Shown here: positions 9,523 through 16,306 of the stretch, piece after piece
How the letters are laid out: every line of letters begins with the position of its first letter
Numbering within the stretch: position 1 is the stretch's first letter
Source: Candidatus Pacearchaeota archaeon
GTDB taxonomy: Archaea > Nanobdellota > Nanobdellia > Pacearchaeales > GW2011-AR1
Direction of reading: 5' to 3'
Assembly: GCA_041656875.1 (NCBI GenBank)
Contig: JBBACR010000002.1
Coordinates: 8,084-72,083, forward strand
DNA: 64,000 nucleotides
Position numbers and translations under genes: made by a program
Notes under the pieces: model-generated
What the model was told of the DNA's origin: nothing
The model's input: only the letters and a program-made list of their open reading frames with translations
The model's database searches: none

Positions 9523-10293
9523 ATGGAAAAAGAGCAGATTAAATTAGCTTTCTCAAAAGTAAAACAAGATATGCTTATTTTAGAGAATGAAGTATCAGCC
9601 CTAAGATTAGAAGTTTCTGAGCTCAATTCTCTAATTAGGACTCTTTCTGAAGAATTAACTCATCAAAGATTACAGGAAATAGCCTATCCAACAGATACTA
9701 ATTCGGTTTTATCCTCGATAACTCCAACAGACAGTCAGACAATCCAACAGATAAACCCAACATTAGACAGTTATCCAACAGACAGTCAGACAGTTCCACA
9801 GGAAATAGAGGGGTTAAAAACCCATTATTTTGATACTTCCACAGGAAATAGAGGGGTTCCAACAGACAGACAGACAGTTAGACAGACAGACCAACAGACA
9901 GAAAACAAGGTATTTTTGCCTTATTCAGAGGCTAGTAACTCTACCAGCATTGAGGCAAATATACAAGAGGCTTCTGAGATTTTAAACTCCCTAGATCGCT
10001 TAAAAAAGGAAATAAGGCTAAAATTTAAGAACCTTACAAGCCAAGAAATGCTTGTTTTCTCGACGATATATCAGCTTGAAGAGAATGATCCTCAAAATAA
10101 TACCTATAATCATATAGCTTTTATCCTTCATTTAAGTGAAAGCTCTATTCGAGATTATGTACAAAAAATGATTAAAAAAGGCATCCCAATTAAGAAAAAC
10201 AAGATAAACAATCGAAAGATTCTCTTGTTTATTTCTCAGGATTTAAAGAAAATAGCCACTCTGCCAACGATTATTAAGCTAAGAGAGCTTTAA
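9523..10293 (+). CDS. Coiled-coil / repeat-linker / C-terminal winged-helix protein (paralog of 10943..11569)
   Basis: N-terminal heptad-like region (LENEVSALRLEVSELNSLIRTLSEEL). A PTDSQT-type repeat linker. A C-terminal wHTH-like region (LTSQEMLVFSTIYQL...SESSIRDYVQKMIKKGI). Confidence 0.6.
   Translation: MEKEQIKLAFSKVKQDMLILENEVSALRLEVSELNSLIRTLSEELTHQRLQEIAYPTDTNSVLSSITPTDSQTIQQINPTLDSYPTDSQTVPQEIEGLKTHYFDTSTGNRGVPTDRQTVRQTDQQTENKVFLPYSEASNSTSIEANIQEASEILNSLDRLKKEIRLKFKNLTSQEMLVFSTIYQLEENDPQNNTYNHIAFILHLSESSIRDYVQKMIKKGIPIKKNKINNRKILLFISQDLKKIATLPTIIKLREL
9794..9815 (+). repeat. ORB-type box, copy 1 (inside the CDS linker)
   Basis: TTCCACAGGAAATAGAGGGGTT. It fits the dyad-plus-G-string architecture of archaeal origin recognition boxes. 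Confidence 0.6.
9837..9858 (+). repeat. ORB-type box, copy 2 (identical, 43-nt period)
   Basis: Identical 22-mer TTCCACAGGAAATAGAGGGGTT. Confidence 0.6.
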
Positions 10294-10445
10294 CCCCTAA
10301 TAAATCAAAATTTAAGGTTTTTAAGCCTTTTTAGCCTTATTTAATCTATTCCTTATTTGTTCTTTTTAGACCACTTCAGAGCTTTTATTTCTAAAACTCC
10401 TCATAATTTTTTGTTTTTAAGTTCGGTGTAACGAATTTAAACAAG

Positions 10446-10470
10446 TCCTAGCTACGGCTAGGATTTTTTT
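10446..10470 (+). terminator. Hairpin plus T7 tract
   Basis: tcctagc-tacg-gctagga (7-bp perfect stem, 4-nt loop) followed by ttttttt. It lies about 150 nt downstream of the stop at 10293. Confidence 0.35.
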
Positions 10471-10735
10471 ATCAATTTATCAATTTTTCACAAGCCTTAA
10501 AAACCTAAAATATTGAGTTTTTAAGACTTAAACACTTAATTACTTACTTAAATGTTTGAGCTTTTCCAAACTCTATTTTTTTACTTTTTTAAGCTTTTTT
10601 GACTTGGTTTTCCACTCACTTTTTGATTGAATATACAGTTTGACTTCATTTTTTAATCCTCTTATTTGGGCTCAGCTCTATTTTTCTCACTTTTTGACTG
10701 AAATTAATGATTTTTTGTTGTTTTTTCATATTAGT

Positions 10736-10752
10736 TAACTCTCACTTTTCCG
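10736..10752 (+). repeat. 17-nt direct repeat, copy 1
   Basis: taactctcacttttccg, repeated exactly at 10829..10845. Related ctcacttttt words occur near 10613 and 10686. Confidence 0.7.
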
Positions 10753-10828
10753 ATTTTTAGGGGTTTTTTGAGCTTTTTTCCATAAAAAACCATTGTTTTT
10801 TAGTGTTTTTACCCTATTGTATCTAGGC

Positions 10829-10845
10829 TAACTCTCACTTTTCCG
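10829..10845 (+). repeat. 17-nt direct repeat, copy 2
   Basis: taactctcacttttccg, identical to 10736..10752. Confidence 0.7.
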
Positions 10846-10942
10846 TTTTTTTAAGCCTTTTTGCTTATTTTTAGCCTATTTTATTGTTTTTTGCTTATTT
10901 TTTAGGACTTTTTGTCTTTTTCTTAGTTATTATTGCCTATTA

Positions 10943-11569
10943 TTAATCTATTTCCAGGTCTTCATTTTTATTTCTTTTTTTAACTCTATCTTTTATCTTT
11001 TTACTTTTGAGTAATATATCTTTAACTTTTTCAGGAATATAGACTCTTTTTTTATTATTTTCTCCAATAATTTCTTCAATTAATCCTTCATTTTTTTGCC
11101 TTATATTATTTATTTGGCCCCTAACTGTTGCTTTATCTTTTCCAAGCATTGCAGCTAGATCTTCATAAGAAAGTTTCATGTCTGAATTAAGTAAAACAAA
11201 GATTATTGCCCTTTCAGTTGTAGATAAATTGTCTAAAAATGTTGTTTGAACAGCTGTTTGAACGCCGTTTAAAACACTAGAAACAGGTGTCTGTTTACTA
11301 AACACTGTTTGCCTTTGTTTGAAAACTGGTCGTTCTCCCACAATAGAAAGAATATTTTTAAGGCTTTCAAGCTCTTCTTTAACCGAAGCTAATTCTTCAT
11401 GTAGGTCAAAAATATCATCTTTTAGCTTAGAATCTTCAGTGTCTAGGTGTTTGACCCAAGTACCTAAACTGTTTATATCATGTTTAGAGCTGTTGAAGCC
11501 TGTTTGAACAGCCTGTTTAAGTTGTTCAACTTCTCTTTTTTCAGCTTTTTTTGTAAAAAATCCAAACAT
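10943..11569 (-). CDS. Coiled-coil / linker / winged-helix protein (paralog of 9523..10293)
   Basis: N-terminal coiled coil (DIFDLHEELASVKEELESLKNIL). A QT-rich linker. A C-terminal wHTH-like region (LSTTERAIIFVLLNSDMKLSYEDLAAMLGKDKATVRGQINNIRQK). Confidence 0.6.
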   Translation of the reverse strand: MFGFFTKKAEKREVEQLKQAVQTGFNSSKHDINSLGTWVKHLDTEDSKLKDDIFDLHEELASVKEELESLKNILSIVGERPVFKQRQTVFSKQTPVSSVLNGVQTAVQTTFLDNLSTTERAIIFVLLNSDMKLSYEDLAAMLGKDKATVRGQINNIRQKNEGLIEEIIGENNKKRVYIPEKVKDILLKSKKIKDRVKKRNKNEDLEID

Positions 11570-11762
11570 AATGTAATTAAAAAATGATTATTTATAAACC
11601 TTACGATTCACCATATGCAAATACCTGTTCAAACACCAGTTTATCGTCGTGAAAATTTTTTTTTGAACACTGTTTGAACACTAGTATTTTTTTCATTTTT
11701 TCATTAAATTTTTTAAAAATATGCTCTCTAGATAAAACATGCTTTAAAATATCTCAAAAATA

Positions 11763-11783
11763 GGGTGTTTGAACAACTTGAAA
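11763..11783 (+). repeat. 21-nt inverted repeat, left arm
   Basis: gggtgtttgaacaacttgaaa is the exact reverse complement of 13339..13359. Confidence 0.8.
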
Positions 11784-11925
11784 TTGATTATTTTTTAACA
11801 AAAAGCTAAAATAAATGTCCTAAAATGCTTAAAATTAAGCCAATTATTACACTACAAAGATGCCTTCGGTCATAGTTAAAAATTAAACAAAAACCGCTTA
11901 ATTTTTTTAATAAATAACTAGCTAG

Positions 11926-11962
11926 AAATAGCTTAATTTTTAATCAAAAATAGCTTAATTTT
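11926..11962 (+). repeat. Tandem 22-nt-period repeat (aaatagcttaatttt x2)
   Basis: aaatagcttaatttt at 11926..11940 and again at 11948..11962. A related ccgcttaattttt lies near 11894. Confidence 0.6.
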
Positions 11963-12413
11963 GATAAATTAATCAAAAATAATGAATTTTTTAGCAATTT
12001 CAAACTTCGTTTTTTGTTCAATAATAAGCTTTAAATACGAAAAAAACCTCTACTTTCTAACCAAATTTAACTAAAATAAGCTAAATTATTAATAAAGATC
12101 CGCTTATTTTGAACTGTTCAAAAGGACCAAAACCCATGATTATCCGCTGGCCCTAAACTCTAGAAATCACTTTAAACTAGATATAATAGTTGGCAGAATA
12201 ATTGCATTATTTCATGCTATAAGGTATCCTATCATTTTCCATAAGACTAGCTTCCTTGCAAGATCCTAACCCTATGCCAAAAGTTAGGGTCTTCGCAACC
12301 TCCTAAAAGTAAGCAAAAACATAAGCGTAATGCTAAAAACTTTTAGCATAGGCAAAATCAATCAAAAATATCACAATCATAATTTCAAAAAAATCTGAGG
12401 AAAAAGAAATAAA

Positions 12414-12449
12414 TTTCCTATTTAGTTACAGGAATAAGTAAATAGGAAA
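12414..12449. repeat. 11-bp palindrome with 14-nt spacer
   Basis: tttcctattta (12414-12424) pairs with taaataggaaa (12439-12449). The right arm, ATAGGAAATAAGGTGA, resembles ORB box a. Confidence 0.5.
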
Positions 12450-12472
12450 TAAGGTGAAATAAGTAAGAAAAA

Positions 12473-12497
12473 GAAACGAAACGAAACGAAACGAAAA
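12473..12497 (+). repeat. Pentanucleotide tandem repeat (GAAAC)x4 + GAAAA
   Basis: gaaacgaaacgaaacgaaacgaaaa, inside a ~200-nt almost pure-purine tract (12420-12625). Confidence 0.8.
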
Positions 12498-12625
12498 ATT
12501 AGAAAGGTAGGTAGCCTAGGGTAAATGGGCAAGGTAAAAAGACGAAAAAAGGTAGGTGGCCTAAAGTTAGCTAGAGGCCAGCCAAAAAAGGCAAGAAAGG
12601 AAAACTAAACAAAAAGGAGGCAAAA

Positions 12626-12865
12626 ATGGAAAAAATAGATCCAATAATAAAAGATCTTGGAGCTAGTGCAATGGCTTTAAGACTGCAGGAATCATGTACT
12701 TGTAGCAGGGTTAGTTACAAACATGTTGGTCTTTTTCTAATTCTAATTCTAGTTTTAGTACTAGCATCTCAAAGAACTTTTATTTTTCCAGCTATTGTTC
12801 CACAACTGCTTGCGATTTTAGTTAGTACATCCTTTATAGATAACAGGGAAAAAAGACCCAAATAA
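12626..12865 (+). CDS. Small membrane protein (hypothetical)
   Basis: 79 aa with a hydrophobic core (VGLFLILILVLVLA...). A strong aggagg sits 7 nt upstream of the ATG, which is unusual in this otherwise leaderless-looking window. Confidence 0.45.
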   Translation: MEKIDPIIKDLGASAMALRLQESCTCSRVSYKHVGLFLILILVLVLASQRTFIFPAIVPQLLAILVSTSFIDNREKRPK

Positions 12866-13009
12866 ATATCATGATTAAATTATGATTAATTCATGATTTT
12901 AATTTAGCCTCACAACCTAAGTTATAAAAAAACAACATTTATTTTTTTATTTTTCAACCTAGTTATAAATCCAATAAATAAAGCGACATTATGCGAACCT
13001 TTTTAAGAT

Positions 13010-13031
13010 AAACCCCTTCATTTCCTATGAA
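13010..13031 (-). repeat. ORB-like box in the island
   Basis: Minus strand reads TTCATAGGAAATGAAGGGGTTT. It shares the 13-mer atttcctatgaaa with oriC box a (2321-2333). Confidence 0.5.
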
Positions 13032-13106
13032 AAAAGTACGCTTTTTCATCTTTTTTTAAAATTTATTTTCAAAAGCTTTAAAAGTTAAGTTCATTTTATA
13101 GGTATT

Positions 13107-13328
13107 ATGAAAAGAGATAAAGAGCCAGATTTTTGTGGGGTTTGCTCTCCCTCATGTAGTAATTATATGTACATACAACAAGAGTGTTGGTCAAAGGTAG
13201 TCAGGTTACTAGATACTAAAGGCCAACCAGTTCAGTTAGGAGATCCCTGTCTTTATCCCGGAACCTATGAAACATCCCATTTCTATAAAAATATCCATCC
13301 AAAATCCCGGGATAAAAGGCATTACTAG
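13107..13328 (+). CDS. Cys-rich mini-protein (paralog of 13473..13682)
   Basis: 73 aa. It shares the pattern C-G-x-x-C ... C ... GDPC-x-Y with the neighbouring ORF. Confidence 0.5.
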   Translation: MKRDKEPDFCGVCSPSCSNYMYIQQECWSKVVRLLDTKGQPVQLGDPCLYPGTYETSHFYKNIHPKSRDKRHY

Positions 13329-13338
13329 GTTTGACTAG

Positions 13339-13359
13339 TTTCAAGTTGTTCAAACACCC
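13339..13359 (+). repeat. 21-nt inverted repeat, right arm
   Basis: tttcaagttgttcaaacaccc is the exact reverse complement of 11763..11783. Confidence 0.8.
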
Positions 13360-13441
13360 CTTTATCGAGGGTAAAATCACCAAAACAAACACCTTCTAAA
13401 CAGCTTAAAAACAGTCAAAAACCCCTGTTTAAACACCCTAA

Positions 13442-13452
13442 TTTTTATAAAT
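13442..13452 (+). promoter_or_regulatory. TATA box
   Basis: tttttataaat centred about 26 nt upstream of the ATG at 13473. Confidence 0.45.
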
Positions 13453-13472
13453 CCTGTGCCCATCCACTACTT

Positions 13473-13682
13473 ATGGGTGAGATAAGAATTTGTGGGCCTG
13501 AATGTGAACACTTCCTTAAAGACAGAGATGATTTTTATAGATGTGCAAAGATAGAAGTTTACTTAGATATTCATGTAAGAGCAGGAGATCCCTGTAAGTA
13601 CGAAGTGCAGCCTAAAATATCTTTAGGTGGACTCGAGTCTTTGGGTGAAGGTATTTTTCTCGGCCGTATTAGGGGATTTTAA
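13473..13682 (+). CDS. Cys-rich mini-protein (paralog of 13107..13328)
   Basis: 69 aa with ICGPECEHF...RCAK...AGDPCKYE. The Cys/GDPC spacing pattern matches the upstream ORF. Confidence 0.5.
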   Translation: MGEIRICGPECEHFLKDRDDFYRCAKIEVYLDIHVRAGDPCKYEVQPKISLGGLESLGEGIFLGRIRGF

Positions 13683-13696
13683 TATTATTTGATCTA

Positions 13697-13761
13697 GCAG
13701 TAACTTTTTAGCTTTTATCAAAAGTTTTTGCATATATAAAAATCTACTTTTAAACACTACA
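13697..13761 (+). repeat. 65-nt repeat family, copy R1
   Basis: gcagtaactttttagcttttatcaaaagtttttgcatatataaaaatctacttttaaacactaca. Confidence 0.8.
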
Positions 13762-13843
13762 CACAACTCAAAAATAGTAGTTAGACACTACAAGCCAGCT
13801 TAAAAAAAGAAAAATATAAAAAGGGTTTTTTGATGAAAGTAAG

Positions 13844-14269
13844 ATGGTTGAAAATAGAAAACGAAGAACACTTGCAGAATGCTTAATGCAGGGTGGAATA
13901 AAAGAAATTACATTTAGAAGATCTTACCTTTTAGGAACAAGAGCGGGCGATGAACTAAATCCCATTTTTGAGAATTACTCTTACAAAGTTATCTCCTTAG
14001 GTTGTGAAGTGGAATGCGAAAGGGACAGATTTGGAAGATCAAACCCCCCCTATATTGCAAAGACTATGATGTTGGTTAGATTTGTATATCCAAATTCTGC
14101 TTTAGGTACAAATGAAGAACTAAATGTTGCAAGGCACCTGGATAATTTAGAATGGTTTGAGTCAGATGCTAAAGATGATATCTATGCCGGCGAAGAATTA
14201 GTAAGATTTGGAAATTCATGGAAAAAAAGTTCCCTACCCAGCCCATCTAATAGTTCATGTTTTCAATAA
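13844..14269 (+). CDS. Hypothetical protein
   Basis: 141-aa ORF. I recognise no domain. Composition looks GC-richer than the flanking core genes. Confidence 0.45.
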   Translation: MVENRKRRTLAECLMQGGIKEITFRRSYLLGTRAGDELNPIFENYSYKVISLGCEVECERDRFGRSNPPYIAKTMMLVRFVYPNSALGTNEELNVARHLDNLEWFESDAKDDIYAGEELVRFGNSWKKSSLPSPSNSSCFQ

Positions 14270-14378
14270 AACCCCTGTTTTTTGGCCTAAAAAAGCTCTT
14301 GTTTTCCTAAAGCAACTTTCCCCTTGCAAAGGTTCGTACAAGATATATTATGCGAACTAAGGCAGAAATCCAATCTAT

Positions 14379-14443
14379 GCAGCAACTTCTTAGCTTTTCT
14401 TAAAAGTTTTTGCATAGGTAAAAACAGGCTTTTGAACACTACA
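14379..14443 (+). repeat. 65-nt repeat family, copy R2
   Basis: gcagcaacttcttagcttttcttaaaagtttttgcataggtaaaaacaggcttttgaacactaca. Confidence 0.8.
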
Positions 14444-14489
14444 AAAACACAAAAAAATAAAAAAGTAGTGTTTAAAATTGGAAAATTTT

Positions 14490-14777
14490 TTATCGAGATT
14501 TTTCCCTACTTAGTCTAATTGATAAAAAAACTATAAGAAAAAGAATTAACAAATCTGCCGCAAAAATCAAAATACTTATTATTCCCGATTGATGACCCCC
14601 CATCCAAAAAAGTAAATATGGCCAAAAAACAGCTGCAGCTACTGAATCATCAACATATGTTCCAGAATTTTCAATAAACATCCATAGTCCTAAAATAATT
14701 CCGACAAATAGATATAACCCTATTAATGTTAAAGGTAGTTTAATCACTCTCTTCATAACTAATTTACTCACCTCCAT
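14490..14777 (-). CDS. Small multi-pass membrane protein (hypothetical)
   Basis: 95 aa with three hydrophobic segments (LIGLYLFVGIILGLWMFI, AAAVFWPYLLFWM, ISILIFAADLLILFLIVFL). Confidence 0.5.
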   Translation of the reverse strand: MEVSKLVMKRVIKLPLTLIGLYLFVGIILGLWMFIENSGTYVDDSVAAAVFWPYLLFWMGGHQSGIISILIFAADLLILFLIVFLSIRLSREKSR

Positions 14778-14857
14778 CTTATAAATCTTTGCATTACCAA
14801 CCCCTTAAGAAATAAATTTGGTTGCTTTTAGCTCCAAATTTAGACATTTCTACCTTA

Positions 14858-14921
14858 GCAGCAACTTATTAGCTTTTCTTAAAAGTTTTTGCATAAGTAA
14901 CCTCGCCATTTAAACACTACA
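14858..14921 (+). repeat. 65-nt repeat family, copy R3
   Basis: gcagcaacttattagcttttcttaaaagtttttgcataagtaacctcgccatttaaacactaca. Confidence 0.8.
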
Positions 14922-14993
14922 AACTTTGTTCAAACAACTGTTTTTAGCTGCTTGTAGTGTCTAAACAAACACCTAAACTTTCTTAAACACGGT

Positions 14994-15173
14994 TTAACCA
15001 AAAATATCTTTTGTTAGAAATATTGTAGCTACAAGAAGTATTAATGATATGATTGATCCTCTTCTACCAACATCCCGAAGTAAGTTAAGATTCTTCTTCT
15101 TCCCAAGATAGTAAGCTCCTAAACATACAAATAAAAACGCAATAAATAAGATCTTAATCTCCATTGTTTCCAT
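14994..15173 (-). CDS. Small two-TM membrane protein (below the ORF-track cutoff)
   Basis: My translation: METMEIKILFIAFLFVCLGAYYLGKKKNLNLLRDVGRRGSIISLILLVATIFLTKDIFG (59 aa). Confidence 0.35.
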   Translation of the reverse strand: METMEIKILFIAFLFVCLGAYYLGKKKNLNLLRDVGRRGSIISLILLVATIFLTKDIFG

Positions 15174-15353
15174 ATTTCAAATAGGCTTTTTTGGTTTTTA
15201 AAGCTTTACCCTTGCTTAAAAGTTTTTAGCAAAATCTCCCATCTTTTGCCTTTAAAAAGCTTGCGAAAATGCCTAAAATTTATAATATTTTACCCATTTT
15301 ATCGTCGATAAAATCCTTAACTTACTTTAACTAAATTTTTCTTTTTTGTTAGA

Positions 15354-15899
15354 TTAATGAGTAGATATAACCTTACACACTCTACCTTTTTCAAGATGTC
15401 TAACTAACCCCTTCATTAATTGAAGATGGCTTTCATAATCAGAAATCCTATTTTCATATCTTCTTCTTTCAAGAGCATCAGTTGTCTCGGCCATTGCCAT
15501 CTTAAGAGTGTTCATATCAGCCATAGTAACCTTTTGTCTTGCAAGATAGTAATCTAACCATAATTGGACTTCGTCCCTAGTGTTTAATGTATTAGGGCCA
15601 TTTTGTTCATATCCAATTACAAAAGGTTCAAGTCCGCCCAGGTCTTTGGCAGCTATTTCTCCAAAATTTTGTCTGTCTAGATTTAACTCAAGAACCCTGG
15701 CTTTTTTACCATACTTGAGCGCTTTTTCTGCATGTCTTTCTCTAAGTAACACAGTTTTAGCAGAAGTTGAGTAAGCAGTATGAACCTTTTTAAGTGCCAA
15801 ATAAGCTTCTCGTCTGTCTTCTTCACTCTGGTTTTCACTATGTCTTTCTTTGTAAAATTTGCCAATTACAGTGTATTGTTTTCCAAGTTTAGCTCTCAT
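15354..15899 (-). CDS. Hypothetical protein (helical, charged)
   Basis: 181-aa ORF. The two overlapping track ORFs (15580..15774 and 15683..15865) are shadows of it. No domain recognised. Confidence 0.5.
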   Translation of the reverse strand: MRAKLGKQYTVIGKFYKERHSENQSEEDRREAYLALKKVHTAYSTSAKTVLLRERHAEKALKYGKKARVLELNLDRQNFGEIAAKDLGGLEPFVIGYEQNGPNTLNTRDEVQLWLDYYLARQKVTMADMNTLKMAMAETTDALERRRYENRISDYESHLQLMKGLVRHLEKGRVCKVISTH

Positions 15900-16012
15900 T
15901 AGTAAGTAAAATTTGATAGTTCTAAATGTCTAAAATAATATAGTTTAGAAGTAAAATCTTTAAGAAAAATTGCTTTTTAAACCTTCTGAATCTGTTTTTA
16001 AGTTTGTAAAAT

Positions 16013-16147
16013 TTACACTTTGTAGTTATATTCGTCTTTATCTGGAGGATTCTGACATTTAGGACAAACCAGAATATAGTCATCTCCTACCTTTTCCACC
16101 CTCATATGTTCTAAACACTTTTCACAATGATCTCGAAGAAACACCAT
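16013..16147 (-). CDS. Zinc-ribbon mini-protein (below the ORF-track cutoff)
   Basis: My translation: MVFLRDHCEKCLEHMRVEKVGDDYILVCPKCQNPPDKDEYNYKV (44 aa; CxxC...CxxC). Confidence 0.4.
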   Translation of the reverse strand: MVFLRDHCEKCLEHMRVEKVGDDYILVCPKCQNPPDKDEYNYKV

Positions 16148-16306
16148 AAAATACTTGCTCACTATTTTTTATTCACTCTTTTGTTTTTTAATAACAAAAA
16201 TTTAGTTTTTAAAGATATCTAAAAATTTGAAAGTTGACCCATATGTTTTTATACCCCCTTTTTCTAAGTTTTATATCATTAGTAGAACGGAGGAAAGACG
16301 AACAAA

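Noticed and set aside
12473-12497. (GAAAC)n tract considered as a possible CRISPR-like or repeat-array signal
   Set aside because: It is a simple 5-nt microsatellite with no spacers. No repeat-spacer periodicity of 25-40 nt exists anywhere in the window, and no cas genes are present (the Cas4-like nuclease at 20582 is solitary).
14324-14518. 64-aa ORF starting at TTG
   Set aside because: It is composed largely of repeat copy R2 and A/T-rich spacer. It has no ATG or promoter context and overlaps the 3' end of the minus-strand membrane ORF.
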